This document shows, in pieces, positions 37,612 through 48,821 of a stretch of 64,000 nt of DNA (within the stretch, counting starts at the first letter, position 1; every line of letters begins with the position of its first letter). This stretch comes from Candidatus Sulfobium sp. (GTDB lineage: Bacteria > Nitrospirota > Thermodesulfovibrionia > Thermodesulfovibrionales > UBA6898). Made by a program: the position numbers and the translations under genes. The DNA is taken from assembly GCA_037380845.1 (NCBI GenBank), contig JARRRI010000004.1, forward strand, positions 78,281-142,280, read 5' to 3'. The notes under the pieces were generated by a model that saw nothing but the letters and a program-made list of their open reading frames with translations, had not been told where the DNA came from and ran no database searches.

Positions 37612-38447
37612 ACTACGAGAGGAGAAGAAAGGTGGAGAGTTTCATCGCCCTGTCTTTCAGCACCCTGGCGGCCGTCTTCGGGCTCTTCTGGCTGGTCTTC
37701 ATCCTCGGTGATGTCCTTATCCACGGCATCGGGGCCCTCAGCCCCGGTTTGTTCACGCATGACCCGACCCCGCCGGGCATCGAGGGAGGGGGGCTGAGGA
37801 ACGCCTTTGTCGGACAACTGCTGATCACTGCATGCGCGACGCTTATCGGCGTCCCGGTGGGCATACTCGGCGGCACGTTCCTGGCCGAATATGCCCGCGG
37901 CACCCGGTTTGCCAGGGTGATCAGCATACTTTCCGATATTATGGTGAGCGTGCCCTCCATAGTGATCGGTACGTTCATATATGCCATCCTGGTGCGGCCG
38001 GTGGGTCATTTCAACGGCTGGGCCGGCGCTGTTGCTCTGGCGGTCATCATGATACCCGTCGTACTCCGGACCACGGAGGACATGCTTTCCCTCGTACCCT
38101 GGACACTCAGGGAGGCCGCCTTTGCACTCGGGGCCCCTTACTATAAAGTGATAGTGCAGGTGGTCTATCGGGGGGCGGCGGCGGGGATACTCACCGGCAT
38201 CCTGCTTTCGATAGCGAGGGTGGCCGGTGAAACCGCGCCCCTCCTGTTTACGTCGTTCAATAATTCCTTCTACTCACTCAACATGAACGGCCCCATATCG
38301 TCCCTGACCGTCACCATATTCCAGTACGCCATGGGTCCCTACGACGACTGGCATGCCCAGGCGTGGGCCGCATCGTTCGTAATTACTTTCTTTATACTCA
38401 TCCTGACCATATTGGGGAGACTGATCGTGAAATGGAGGTATAAGTAG
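37608..38447 (+). CDS. pstA: Phosphate ABC transporter permease
   Basis: [20 protein letters not shown]. Confidence 0.96.
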   Translation: MNYERRRKVESFIALSFSTLAAVFGLFWLVFILGDVLIHGIGALSPGLFTHDPTPPGIEGGGLRNAFVGQLLITACATLIGVPVGILGGTFLAEYARGTRFARVISILSDIMVSVPSIVIGTFIYAILVRPVGHFNGWAGAVALAVIMIPVVLRTTEDMLSLVPWTLREAAFALGAPYYKVIVQVVYRGAAAGILTGILLSIARVAGETAPLLFTSFNNSFYSLNMNGPISSLTVTIFQYAMGPYDDWHAQAWAASFVITFFILILTILGRLIVKWRYK

Positions 38448-39208
38448 TGCAGGAAGTCGAACTGGAGACCAGGAGCCTTAATTTCTATTATGGCGGAAAT
38501 GTCCACGCCCTCAAGCAGGTGAATCTCACCGTGTTCAGGAAGGGCGTCACTTCCCTGATCGGCCCCTCGGGATGCGGAAAGACCACACTCCTGAGGTGCT
38601 TCAACCGGATGCACGACCTCTATCCGGGCAACAGGTATGAGGGCGAGATACTGCTTCGGGGCCGGAACATACTTTCCGGCGGAATCGACGTTATAAGGCT
38701 GAGGAGCAATGTGGGGATGGTCTTCCAGAAACCCACGCCTTTTCCCATGACCATATTCGATAATATCGCCTACGGCCTCAGACTGAAGGGCATCAGGAAA
38801 AGGGCCGACCTTTCCGAAAAGGTGGAGAAGGCTCTCAAAAATGCGGCGATCTGGGATGAAGTCAAGGACAAGCTGAACGTCAGCGCCTACGACCTTTCCG
38901 GCGGCCAGCAGCAGCGGCTTGTTATCGCCAGGGCACTGGCCGTAGAGCCGGAGATACTTCTCTTCGACGAGCCGACTTCAGCCCTCGACCCCATATCCAC
39001 CGGGAAGATAGAGGAGCTTGTGGTACAGCTCAGGAAAGACGTTACCATCATCATCGTCACCCACAACATGCAGCAGGCCGCCCGGATTTCGGACTGGACC
39101 GGGTTCATGATGCTTGGGGAGTTGATCGAATTCGACAAAACTGATAAGATGTTCACGGCTCCGACAGAGAAGCTTACTGAGGATTATATTACGGGGAGGT
39201 TCGGCTAG
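38447..39208 (+). CDS. pstB: Phosphate ABC transporter ATP-binding protein
   Basis: [26 protein letters not shown]. Confidence 0.97.
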   Translation: MQEVELETRSLNFYYGGNVHALKQVNLTVFRKGVTSLIGPSGCGKTTLLRCFNRMHDLYPGNRYEGEILLRGRNILSGGIDVIRLRSNVGMVFQKPTPFPMTIFDNIAYGLRLKGIRKRADLSEKVEKALKNAAIWDEVKDKLNVSAYDLSGGQQQRLVIARALAVEPEILLFDEPTSALDPISTGKIEELVVQLRKDVTIIIVTHNMQQAARISDWTGFMMLGELIEFDKTDKMFTAPTEKLTEDYITGRFG

Positions 39209-39876
39209 TGTCCGTCTTTGACGAAGAACTTATGCAGCTAAAGGAGAAGGTTCTGAAGATGGGCGGCATGGTCGAAGAAGCGATCAAGGATTCGGTGCGC
39301 TCCCTCGTCGACAGGGACAACGAAATTGCACGGCTCGTGATTGAACGGGATCACCAGATAAACGCCCTCGATGTGCAGATAGACGAGGACTCGATCAGGC
39401 TTATCGCCCTGAGGCAGCCGAAGGCCAGTGATCTGCGGTTCATCACTACCGCAATGAAGATAACCACGGATATCGAGAGGATGGGGGACCTCGGTGTAAA
39501 CATTGCGGAAAGGGCACTCGAACTGAACGAAGAACCTCTGCTCAAGCCCTATATCGACATACCCAGGATGAGGGAACTGGCCCAGGGCATGATAAGGGAT
39601 GCCCTGGATGCCTTCGTGAGAAGGGACAAGAAACTGGCGATGGACGTGATAATGCGCGATGACGAGGTTGATGAACTCAAGCACAGCGTCCTTCAGGAAC
39701 TCGCCTTCTTCATGGTCCAGGACCCTACGACCGTTTCACGTGCGATGAAGATCAGTTTCGTGGCCCAGTACCTCGAACGCTTTGCCGACCACGCAACAAA
39801 CATCGCGGAGATGGTGATCTACCTCGTTGAGGGGAAGATCATAAGACACATGGCCCACCCCGAAGAAACCCCTTAA
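39208..39876 (+). CDS. phoU: Phosphate signalling protein PhoU
   Basis: QPKASDLR, ERMGD, ERFADHATNIAE. Confidence 0.96.
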   Translation: MSVFDEELMQLKEKVLKMGGMVEEAIKDSVRSLVDRDNEIARLVIERDHQINALDVQIDEDSIRLIALRQPKASDLRFITTAMKITTDIERMGDLGVNIAERALELNEEPLLKPYIDIPRMRELAQGMIRDALDAFVRRDKKLAMDVIMRDDEVDELKHSVLQELAFFMVQDPTTVSRAMKISFVAQYLERFADHATNIAEMVIYLVEGKIIRHMAHPEETP

Positions 39877-40187
39877 AACCTCAATCGTCTTTCCGACTGA
39901 GCTTTTAACATACAGTCCCTTTTTTTCGGTGACAGCACGCCCTGCCTTCTTAGGCAGCGCCGGGAGGTGGGTGCTCCCGGTTTTCCCGGAACCTCAGAAA
40001 AAGGTGGAAGAAGAGGTCCGGCCTTTTAAGAGATCAGGCAGAAACTGTTCGAAGCAAGATCAGCCCCTTTTTTGTCGGCATTTCGCAGGACTCATCGTTT
40101 CAGGCGGGCGGTTGACAGTCGAAAATATCGCCGTCGGCGGTCCTTAACAAGGCGACGTTTCGCCGGACTGAGAACCCCGAAGGAATT

Positions 40188-41075
40188 CTATCTGTCCAGT
40201 GCAACGACGGTGTTGCGGATTGTTCCGATCCGGTCTATCTCGACCTCGACGACATCTCCATTTTTGAGAAAAACAGGGGGCTGTCGTTTGAACCCTACTC
40301 CGGCGGGGGTGCCCGTGGCGATAAGGTCGCCGGGCTCAAGGGTCATCAGCGAGCTGAGGAAGGCGATGGTCCGGGCCACCGGAAAGATCATGTCCCGCGT
40401 GTTTCCGTGCTGCAGAGTGGCGCCGTTGACCCGCGTAATGATTTCCAGGTCCTGCGGGTCGGGAATCGCCGATGCCGGGACTATCCCCGGTCCGGTAGGC
40501 GCAAAAGTGTCGAGGGTTTTTCCCGCTGTCCACTGACTGGTCTGAAACTGAAGGTCGCGGGCGCTGACATCATTCATGACCGTATATCCGGTGACACATG
40601 TCATAGCCTCCTCTACGGAAACGTCCTTGCACCTCCGGCCGATGACCACCGTCAGTTCTCCTTCATAGTCAACCTCCGCGCTTACCCGCGGCAGGATTAT
40701 GTCGCCGTACGGACCGCATAAGGCGTTCCGGAATTTGGCGAAAAGCGAGGGGACGCCTGCCGTGCCGATATTTACTTCCCTTGCATGCTCGGAGTAGTTC
40801 AGGCCCAGGCAGATGATCTTGTCAGGGTCGGGGACAGGCGGTCCGAGTTCTACTTCCTCGAGGGGCACAAGGTCCTCGCCGCCTCCGGCGAGGGCATTTT
40901 GAGCGCCCCGCAGGATTTCCTCAACGGCAGGTTGCCCCCTCTCGAGAAGGTCACGCACTGTCGAAACTTTCCCGGGAATCGACGATGGAGCCAGCGCCGT
41001 AACGTCGGCAAGGAGCGGACCGAGTGCGATCCCGGCCCTCCACGGGCCCTTTTTCCGGTAGCTGACTATATACAT
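40188..41075 (-). CDS. Fumarylacetoacetate hydrolase family protein
   Basis: KIICLGLNY, DYEGEL, NDVSARD, GDLIATGTPAGVG. Confidence 0.93.
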   Translation of the reverse strand: MYIVSYRKKGPWRAGIALGPLLADVTALAPSSIPGKVSTVRDLLERGQPAVEEILRGAQNALAGGGEDLVPLEEVELGPPVPDPDKIICLGLNYSEHAREVNIGTAGVPSLFAKFRNALCGPYGDIILPRVSAEVDYEGELTVVIGRRCKDVSVEEAMTCVTGYTVMNDVSARDLQFQTSQWTAGKTLDTFAPTGPGIVPASAIPDPQDLEIITRVNGATLQHGNTRDMIFPVARTIAFLSSLMTLEPGDLIATGTPAGVGFKRQPPVFLKNGDVVEVEIDRIGTIRNTVVALDR

Positions 41076-41252
41076 GTTGTTAATGTAGCATAAAATGTAA
41101 GAATGGTACGTCGAAGTTGCCCTAACAGACAGGTCCGCCTCCGGCTTACCCTCCCTGTTCTTATCCGCTGCTTTTGAGATATAATAAACTCTTCATACTT
41201 TGTATATGTATTACTATTATGGCGGCTGCCGCCGGGTAGAAAGGGGTCTGCA

Positions 41253-42446
41253 ATAAAGCGTTTACCTGACAAGAAGGGATATTTCGGAGGATACGGCGGG
41301 CGTTTTGTGCCCGAAACGCTGATGCCCGCACTGGATGAACTCCAAAAGGCATATTATGCGTCCAGGAAGGACAGGGAGTTCCAAAAGGAGCTTGCCCACC
41401 TCCGGAAGACATATATAGGCAGGCCGACCCCCCTTTATTTCGCGAAGAGGCTGACGGACTCGCTGGGCGGGGCGAAGATTTATCTCAAGCGTGAAGACCT
41501 CGCCCACACCGGCGCCCACAAGATCAATAACGCCCTCGGACAGGCCCTTATGGCGAAGAAAATGGGCAAAAAGAGGCTGGTCGCCGAGACCGGCGCGGGA
41601 CAGCATGGAGTTGCCACGGCTACGGGTGCTGCTTTCACCGGTCTGGAGTGTGACATCTATATGGGCTCGGATGATATGGCGAGGCAGTCTCTGAACGTCT
41701 TCCGGATGAAGTTGCTCGGCGCCAGGGTTGTCGAGGTTTCTATCGGGTCCCGTACGCTGAAGGATGCAATCAACGAGGGGCTTCGGGACTGGACAACGAA
41801 TGTGCGGACGACCCACTATGTCATGGGTACGGTCTTCGGCCCTCACCCGTTCCCGGCGATGGTGAGAGACTTTCAGTCGATAATCGGAAAAGAGGCAAAA
41901 AAACAGGTCCTGGAAGAGGAGGGCAGGCTGCCCGACTGTCTGATAGCATGCGTAGGAGGGGGAAGCAATGCGATGGGCCTGTTCAACGAGTTCCTTGAAG
42001 ACGAGGGCGTCGAAATGGTGGGCGTAGAGGCCGGCGGAACAGGCATAGCGGGCGGGGAACACGCCGCCCGGTTTGCCGGCGGATCGATCGGAGTTCTCCA
42101 GGGGGCGAAGAGTTACCTCCTGCAGGACGCTGACGGAAACGTCCTCGGCACTCATTCCGTATCAGCCGGGCTGGACTATGCCGCAGTGGGCCCCGAGCAC
42201 GCCTTCCTCAAAGACTCCGGCAGGGTAAGGTATACCTATGCAACTGACGAGGAGGCGCTGTCGGCCTTTGAGCTCCTCTCAAGGACGGAGGGCATAATCC
42301 CCGCCCTGGAGTCGGCTCATGCCGTTGCAGAAGCGGTGAAGACGGCACCGGGTTTTTCGAAGGAGAAGACAATAATCGTCAATCTCTCCGGAAGGGGCGA
42401 CAAGGACGTGCAGCACGTGGCCAGGCTCAAGGGGATAGAACTCTGA
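41253..42446 (+). CDS. trpB: Tryptophan synthase beta chain; probable ATA start
   Basis: [18 protein letters not shown] lies upstream of the ORF-track [31 protein letters not shown] 6 nt before ATA at 41253. Confidence 0.95.
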   Translation: MKRLPDKKGYFGGYGGRFVPETLMPALDELQKAYYASRKDREFQKELAHLRKTYIGRPTPLYFAKRLTDSLGGAKIYLKREDLAHTGAHKINNALGQALMAKKMGKKRLVAETGAGQHGVATATGAAFTGLECDIYMGSDDMARQSLNVFRMKLLGARVVEVSIGSRTLKDAINEGLRDWTTNVRTTHYVMGTVFGPHPFPAMVRDFQSIIGKEAKKQVLEEEGRLPDCLIACVGGGSNAMGLFNEFLEDEGVEMVGVEAGGTGIAGGEHAARFAGGSIGVLQGAKSYLLQDADGNVLGTHSVSAGLDYAAVGPEHAFLKDSGRVRYTYATDEEALSAFELLSRTEGIIPALESAHAVAEAVKTAPGFSKEKTIIVNLSGRGDKDVQHVARLKGIEL

Positions 42447-43222
42447 TGTCGCGTATCGGCAGGACGTTCAAAAAGATAAAAGGGGGGAACGGCAAGGCCT
42501 TTATCCCCTATATCATGGCCGGGGACCCGGACCTGAAGAGGACGCGGCAGCTGGTGAAGATGCTCGCGGAATGCGGGGCGGATATCATAGAACTGGGTGT
42601 GCCTTTCTCCGACCCTCTGGCCGACGGACCGACTATACAGAAGGCCGCCCAGCGTGCTCTTCATGGAGGCATAACGCTGAACGGTGTTATAGGATTCGTG
42701 GCTGAACTGAGAAGGGACACAGAGATACCGATAATCCTTATGACTTACTACAATCCGGTGTTGAGATACGGGGAGGAAAGGTTTGTCCGTGACGCCTCTG
42801 CTGCAGGCGTCGACGGAATGATCGTGCCCGACCTTCCCCCAGACGAGGCGGGCGTCCTGAGAAAGAGCGCCAGAAAGGCCGGCTTCGATACCATTTTCCT
42901 CCTAGCCCCCACATCTACGGAGGAGAGGATCAGGACCGTGGCCAGGGCTTCGACGGGCTTCATCTACTACGTCTCGATCACGGGCATTACCGGGTCGAAG
43001 CTTTCCATGGACATCGCAATTGAGTCCCATATTTCAAGGATCCGGCAGGAGAGCGGGACGCCGGTGGCCGTTGGTTTCGGCATATCGACGCCCGAAGAGG
43101 CGTCGGCCGTTTCAAAGTTTGCCGACGGCGTTATCATAGGGAGTGCGATCGTGAAGCGTGCAGGAGATGACGACGAAGACCTGAGGGCATATCTCCTTTC
43201 CCTGAGGAGTGCGATCGTCTGA
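42446..43222 (+). CDS. trpA: Tryptophan synthase alpha chain
   Basis: ELGVPFSDPLADGPTIQ, VGFGIS. Confidence 0.97.
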   Translation: MSRIGRTFKKIKGGNGKAFIPYIMAGDPDLKRTRQLVKMLAECGADIIELGVPFSDPLADGPTIQKAAQRALHGGITLNGVIGFVAELRRDTEIPIILMTYYNPVLRYGEERFVRDASAAGVDGMIVPDLPPDEAGVLRKSARKAGFDTIFLLAPTSTEERIRTVARASTGFIYYVSITGITGSKLSMDIAIESHISRIRQESGTPVAVGFGISTPEEASAVSKFADGVIIGSAIVKRAGDDDEDLRAYLLSLRSAIV

Positions 43223-43261
43223 GTGACGACCGCTTTATCCTTTTGAAGGGCTGTCAAGATC

Positions 43262-44095
43262 ATGGCTTGGTTTAAAAAAGACAGAGAGCTGAGAGCCGAC
43301 AAGAAGGTGAAGATCCCGGAAGGGCTCTGGGTGAAATGCGAGAGCTGCAGGGAAATCATTTACAGGAAGGAAATCGACAGGAACCTCAGGATCTGCCCGA
43401 AATGCAATTACCATTTCAGGATCAGTGCGCGGGAAAGGATCAAGCTCCTCGTTGACGAAGGGAGTTTTGCAGAGATGGATGCGGGTCTGTCTTCGAGCGA
43501 TCCGCTGAATTTCAGGGACAAGATTTCCTACAGGGACAGGATCGAGGAGAACAGAAAGAAAAGCGGACTTGCTGACGCGGCGATTTCGGGGGAGGCGACA
43601 GTCGGGGGTCATCCGGCTGTTATTGCCGTCATGGATTTTTCGTTCATGGGCGGGAGTATGGGTTCCGTGGTAGGGGAAAAAATACTGAGGGCGGCGGAAG
43701 CGGCGGCGGAACTGAAGAGACCTCTTATTACGATAGCGTCCTCGGGCGGGGCAAGGATGCAGGAAGGCATATTTTCCCTCATACAGATGGCGAGGGTATC
43801 CGCTGCCATTGCGAGGATGAAAGAGACGGGGATGCTCTATATCTCGATTCTTGCGGACCCCACATTCGGAGGAGTAACCGCAAGTTTCGCCATGCTGGGG
43901 GACATCATCATTGCCGAACCGAAGAGTCTTGTGGGGTTCGCAGGCCCGCGGGTTATCGAACAGACTATAAAACAGCAGCTGCCCGATGATTTCCAGAGAG
44001 CGGAGTTCCTTCTCGAACACGGCCTTATCGACAAGATAGTCGACAGAAAGAATATGAAGGAGACCGTGGCGAAGGTTATCGAACTGCTGGCATGA
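43262..44095 (+). CDS. accD: Acetyl-CoA carboxylase carboxyltransferase beta subunit
   Basis: WVKC..C...CPKC zinc finger, GGSMG, SGGARMQEG. Confidence 0.97.
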   Translation: MAWFKKDRELRADKKVKIPEGLWVKCESCREIIYRKEIDRNLRICPKCNYHFRISARERIKLLVDEGSFAEMDAGLSSSDPLNFRDKISYRDRIEENRKKSGLADAAISGEATVGGHPAVIAVMDFSFMGGSMGSVVGEKILRAAEAAAELKRPLITIASSGGARMQEGIFSLIQMARVSAAIARMKETGMLYISILADPTFGGVTASFAMLGDIIIAEPKSLVGFAGPRVIEQTIKQQLPDDFQRAEFLLEHGLIDKIVDRKNMKETVAKVIELLA

Positions 44096-45399
44096 GATAT
44101 AAGAGATCGATCGAATATCTCTACGGGCTCCAGAAGTACGGAATGAAGTTCGGTCTCGATAATATCACGAGACTCCTTTACGCTCTCGGCAATCCCCATC
44201 ATTCTTTCCGCTCCGTCCATGTGGCCGGTACGAACGGGAAGGGTTCTACGGCAGCGATGACGGAATCGATCATACGGACCTCGGGAGGCAGGACCGGCCT
44301 CTTCACATCTCCTCATCTTGTGAGCTTCACTGAAAGAATACGGATCGACGGCCGGGAGATAAGTCAGGAGGAAGTGTCCGGACTCGCTGAGGAAGTGAAA
44401 GGGGCTGTGGAAAGAATCGGGGACTTTTCTCCCACCTTTTTTGAAGTCGTTACCGCAATGGCCTTTCTCTGCTTCAGACGGAATAATGTAGGGTGGGCGG
44501 TCGTTGAAGTCGGACTCGGCGGGAGACTGGATGCCACAAACGTGATCCTGCCGGAGGTAACGGTGATAACGGCAATAGCTCTCGACCACCGTGAGTTCCT
44601 CGGGGATACGGTACGCGAGGTGGCCGCCGAAAAGGCCGGGGTAATCAAGCCAGGGGTTCCGGTCGTTTCAGCCCCTCAGGGACCGGAGGCAATCGAGGTC
44701 ATTGAGTCCCGGTCTTCGGAAAAAGGGTCTCTTCTTTTCAGGTGCGGCCGGGATTTTTCGTCCTCGCAGGTGCGGGAGGATGCTGAAGGCCTTTCTTTCA
44801 GTTACCGGGGAGAAAGGGAATATGACGGTCTGCGCCTTCCTCTCGCCGGTGAGCACCAGGCGATAAACGCGGCGCTGGCTGTCAAGACGACAGAGATATT
44901 GACGGGGAAATATCCGGGGATGAGATGCAACATAAGGAAGGGGCTCGGCATGGTAAGATGGCCGGGAAGGATAGAGATTGTGAGGAAAAATCCGACCATA
45001 TTGATCGACGGCGCCCATAACCCGGACGCGGCGTCGGCCCTGTCGGTCCATCTCGGCAGGATGACCTCCGGGGGGCGGAGAAGGATCATCATGGTTGTCG
45101 GGATAATGGGGGACAAAGACATCGACGGCATACTCAGGCCCCTGCTTCCCCTTGCCTCAACACTGATATTTACTTCCCCCTCATACAGCCGCGCCGCCTC
45201 CGTTGAGGTGCTATCCGCCCGTGCCGCCTCGCTGGGACATCCCTGCGTTGCATCGACCGGCGTAGCCGACGCCCTTCGAAAGGCGGAAGCGCTGTACTTA
45301 CCGGGAGATATCATCGTTGTAACCGGTTCTTTTTACACCATCGGAGAGGCGAAGGAGATCCTGAGCGGCAGGGGAGTCCTTTCGAGGCTGAGGGAATGA
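44092..45399 (+). CDS. folC: Folylpolyglutamate synthase / dihydrofolate synthase
   Basis: HVAGTNGKGST, EVGLGGRLDATN, DGAHNP. Confidence 0.96.
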   Translation: MRYKRSIEYLYGLQKYGMKFGLDNITRLLYALGNPHHSFRSVHVAGTNGKGSTAAMTESIIRTSGGRTGLFTSPHLVSFTERIRIDGREISQEEVSGLAEEVKGAVERIGDFSPTFFEVVTAMAFLCFRRNNVGWAVVEVGLGGRLDATNVILPEVTVITAIALDHREFLGDTVREVAAEKAGVIKPGVPVVSAPQGPEAIEVIESRSSEKGSLLFRCGRDFSSSQVREDAEGLSFSYRGEREYDGLRLPLAGEHQAINAALAVKTTEILTGKYPGMRCNIRKGLGMVRWPGRIEIVRKNPTILIDGAHNPDAASALSVHLGRMTSGGRRRIIMVVGIMGDKDIDGILRPLLPLASTLIFTSPSYSRAASVEVLSARAASLGHPCVASTGVADALRKAEALYLPGDIIVVTGSFYTIGEAKEILSGRGVLSRLRE

Positions 45400-47408
45400 A
45401 GCCGGCGAGGTGCCGGGGGGAGGGAACAGAAAGCTCGTGTTGTTATCGACAGGTGGTCGGCCTCATCGCATGCATCCTGTGCCTTTTCAGCGTTGCCGAC
45501 ATTTCCTTCGCCGCCGGGAGACGGACGGTCATTACCGCCGACAAACTGGAGTATTTCGCGGACAGGAAAGAGTATGTGGCGACCGGCTCGGTGGAGGTTA
45601 AAAGAGACGACGCCGTCATACATGCCGACAGGATCGTCTATCACGAAGATACCTCGGAGACCGTTGCTACGGGCCACTTTACTTATGACGACAATGAGAT
45701 GTCCATCACTGCCGAAAGGGCGGAGATGAACCTTGATGGAAAAACGGGGAGACTCCACAATGCCAGGCTGCTTTACAGGAAGGACAACTACCGTCTTTCA
45801 GCGGCTGAAATAGAGAAAAAAGGTGAGAATTATTACTACAGCCCGGAGGCGAACTTCACTACCTGCGATGCTCCCTTGCCGGCCTGGTGTTTTAAAGCAA
45901 AAAAGGTGGATGTGCTCGTCGGCCGGGAAGTCAGAGCGCGGGATGCATCCTTTCGTATAAAAGGGCTGCCTGTTTTTTATACGCCGTATATCTGGACGTC
46001 GCTCACCTCCGAGCGGAAGACAGGTTTTCTGACACCGACTGTCGGGTATACGAGGGAAAGGGGAGTAGAAGCGGGTATCCCCTTTTACTGGGCGATATCC
46101 GACGGCAGCGATGCGACATTTGTACTGGATGCCTACGGAAAAGGCGGGTTGGGCACGGGCATTGAATATCGCTTCGTTCGGCCCGGCGTTCAAAAGAGCA
46201 ACTGGTGGGCTTACCACATAAAAGACCCGCTGACCGATAAGGACTTCTGGCAGGTAAAGACCTTGCATGAGCAGCGCAGTTCCGGCGCCGCCGGCGGCTT
46301 CCTTGATATAGATTACGTCAATGAAAAGGACTTTTACCGCCAGTTCAGCACACACTATCAGACCACTACGCTCCGGTTTCTCCAGTCGACAGGTGAATTC
46401 AACCTCCCCCTTTACAATTCGCGGCTCTATCTCCTGTCCCAGTACTGGGTGGACCTGCTGGACGATACGGGGAAGGTACCACAGAAACTTCCTGAGGCGG
46501 GCTACGTACTGAACTATACAAGGGCCGGCGACTTTCTGGTTTCAGCCGACCTGAGTGCAGCCAATCTTTGGCGGGAGAACGGTACGTCGGCGCGCAGGAT
46601 GGATATTTATCCCCGGGTGCTGCATTCCGTGGGCAGAGACTTCGTCCTTACCCAGATGGCTGCCGTACGGGCCACAGGGTACTCCTTTTATAAAGACCAG
46701 GATGAAAAAGATCTTGTCAGAGGTGCCTTCGAATACGATATAGCCGGTCACACACGGTTATACAGGACCTATTCATATTTTACCCACGTCGTAGAACCGT
46801 CGATCAGGTATCATTTCATCTATTCTTCGGGGAAAGATCTTCCCGTGTTCGACTCTACCGAACTCTTCGGCAAGACTTCGAACATCGAGTTGAGCGTCCT
46901 CAATCGGGCCATCGTGAAGGGCGGGGAGGTGGCCATCTTCAGGTTGACCCAGTCGTTCGATACATACAGCGGCGACCGACCTTTTCTTCCCTTGGAGATG
47001 GAACTCGGGATCAAGTATCCCTTTTCCCTCCTTCTTGACGCGACTTACAATTTCTACGACGGCCGGTTCGACACGATAACCTCCGACCTGGGCTTTCAGG
47101 TGAAGGACTCCTTTATATCGGTAGGACAACGCTATAACAGGGCTGAAGATATCCTCATGTACACTGCTGGTGTCTTGTTCAAGCCTGTCAAGGCGGTCCA
47201 GATGACAGGAAGCCTGTGGTACGACGCCAGGGGGGGAGGGCTGAGAGATATGAACTTTGCCCTGAGGTATATGCGTCAGTGCTGGGGGATACGCCTTGAG
47301 GCGGACAAAAAGCCCGGGGATTTCAGCATGAAGGTGATGCTCGAACTGGCCGGTCTTACCACCAGACCCTCCGAGACGACCGGACCGGGTGGCGTATCCG
47401 CCTTCTGA
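45396..47408 (+). CDS. lptD: LPS assembly protein LptD
   Basis: OstA-like N-terminus, FTTCD..P.W, RKTGFL.P, C-terminal beta-barrel with QCW. Confidence 0.88.
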   Translation: MKPARCRGEGTESSCCYRQVVGLIACILCLFSVADISFAAGRRTVITADKLEYFADRKEYVATGSVEVKRDDAVIHADRIVYHEDTSETVATGHFTYDDNEMSITAERAEMNLDGKTGRLHNARLLYRKDNYRLSAAEIEKKGENYYYSPEANFTTCDAPLPAWCFKAKKVDVLVGREVRARDASFRIKGLPVFYTPYIWTSLTSERKTGFLTPTVGYTRERGVEAGIPFYWAISDGSDATFVLDAYGKGGLGTGIEYRFVRPGVQKSNWWAYHIKDPLTDKDFWQVKTLHEQRSSGAAGGFLDIDYVNEKDFYRQFSTHYQTTTLRFLQSTGEFNLPLYNSRLYLLSQYWVDLLDDTGKVPQKLPEAGYVLNYTRAGDFLVSADLSAANLWRENGTSARRMDIYPRVLHSVGRDFVLTQMAAVRATGYSFYKDQDEKDLVRGAFEYDIAGHTRLYRTYSYFTHVVEPSIRYHFIYSSGKDLPVFDSTELFGKTSNIELSVLNRAIVKGGEVAIFRLTQSFDTYSGDRPFLPLEMELGIKYPFSLLLDATYNFYDGRFDTITSDLGFQVKDSFISVGQRYNRAEDILMYTAGVLFKPVKAVQMTGSLWYDARGGGLRDMNFALRYMRQCWGIRLEADKKPGDFSMKVMLELAGLTTRPSETTGPGGVSAF

Positions 47409-47575
47409 TAACGCGGAGCGGTCTGTATTCAACTGTGAAATATGACAGCCGCCCGCACCGTCTGACTATATAAATTTCTGGAACAGGATATGTAAAAATT
47501 ATATAGCGGGGCCTTCACGCCAGGGAATCGGGTACTGATTCCCTGGAAACTCACCTTTTTTCTTCACTTATCGCC

Positions 47576-47591
47576 TGGCATACGTATTGCT
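47576..47591 (+). promoter_or_regulatory. Sigma54 (-24/-12) promoter
   Basis: TGGCATA-CGTA-TTGCT matches TGGCACG-N4-TTGCW spacing. Confidence 0.7.
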
Positions 47592-47821
47592 GCATTGACT
47601 CGTCAGGTTGGGGCCAGGTTATGAGGCGATATGCACAAGGCCGGCGCTGTACTTAATGCAAAAAACACAAAGATGTCCTGCAGTCTGCTCAAATCCGGCT
47701 CGTCTAAGGCAGCCTTTACAACCCCTACCAAAGGAGGATTGACAGGAGAGTCCTCCTGGCTTAGACTGCTGAAACAGGTTCTTGTGCTTTAAGGACCGAG
47801 ACAGAAATAACAGGAGGGGCC

Positions 47822-48118
47822 ATGGAATCGTTGGTTTTCTTTCTTTTTGGTGCTTCAATATGCATATTGATCTATGCATTTCTCAAAGCGGTCAGCCTTA
47901 ACAGAAGAATCCCCGGAGGGATTGTCAAGAAGACCTGGCAGCTTATGTATTATCTGATTGGGCTGCTTGTTGCCGGATATCTGGCGACCCTGCTTTTCCC
48001 TTCGCTGCCCGACACTTCCAGACAGATTATCGTGGGTATTATCCTGCTGGCGGGAGCGGTCTTTATAGTGAAGGTCATAAATCTGCTTTACAGAATTATT
48101 GTCGACCTGGGGTTGTAG
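47822..48118 (+). CDS. Hypothetical small three-TM membrane protein
   Basis: SD AGGAGG; three hydrophobic segments. Confidence 0.75.
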   Translation: MESLVFFLFGASICILIYAFLKAVSLNRRIPGGIVKKTWQLMYYLIGLLVAGYLATLLFPSLPDTSRQIIVGIILLAGAVFIVKVINLLYRIIVDLGL

Positions 48119-48121
48119 CTC

Positions 48122-48355
48122 ATGGATATAAAACATGACTTGCAGACACTCATAAACGAGGCCCTGCACGAGAAGGCGAGCAGCATCTTTCTGGAGAGGG
48201 CGTCGGCCAGAATTGCCGAATCCGGAAAGGACAGGGAGAGTCTGGCCGCCGCCGCCGACAAAATCGGCAAAATGGTGGCTCTGTTTATCGATGAGGACCT
48301 GGCGAAAAAAGTGGTATGGGATATGATGTCGAGAATCCACGAAGGCGGCTCATGA
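48122..48355 (+). CDS. Hypothetical small helical protein
   Basis: ATG 3 nt after the previous stop; plausible amphipathic composition. Confidence 0.65.
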   Translation: MDIKHDLQTLINEALHEKASSIFLERASARIAESGKDRESLAAAADKIGKMVALFIDEDLAKKVVWDMMSRIHEGGS

Positions 48356-48445
48356 CAATGAAATCCGGGAGGCGGGACAGCTGAAAGCAGAAATTATGAT
48401 TACGGCCGGCGACGGGTGCGCGAGGGGACGCCGCGCAATCGGAAC

Positions 48446-48538
48446 ATGAGACGCGGACACAGATATTCCGCGTATATATCGATAGTCCTGCTCCTCGCCT
48501 TTTTCCTCACCTTCTTCAACTTCGCCTTAAGCTTCTAG
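48446..48538 (+). CDS. Candidate 30-aa single-TM microprotein
   Basis: MRRGHRYSAYISIVLLLAFFLTFFNFALSF*; below the ORF-track cutoff; weak SD. Confidence 0.4.
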   Translation: MRRGHRYSAYISIVLLLAFFLTFFNFALSF

Positions 48539-48821
48539 TGGCTTATCCTGCCAGGGATTTCATGCACCTGTTAACGGGCGGAGAGGACGGCGGGAAAAGC
48601 CTCCCCGCGGGAGTTTCCGCCGGCAGCATCCCGATGCCGATTGCGTCCTGGTTGAGCTAATTTCGATGCCGTTATTTCGTGTCGGGCAGTGGTGGCGGCC
48701 GACAAACAAAGACCGCCCATCGGATAGAGCGATTGGAAATCTGCCCGAAAAATAATATCATATAAACAGAAACTTAAACATGTTGGCGACTGCGGATTCC
48801 GCGGACCTCAAGGAGGAATAC

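Noticed and set aside
41219..41239. Classical trp attenuator leader peptide
   Set aside because: The mini-ORF has no Trp codons and no terminator/antiterminator pair is evident.
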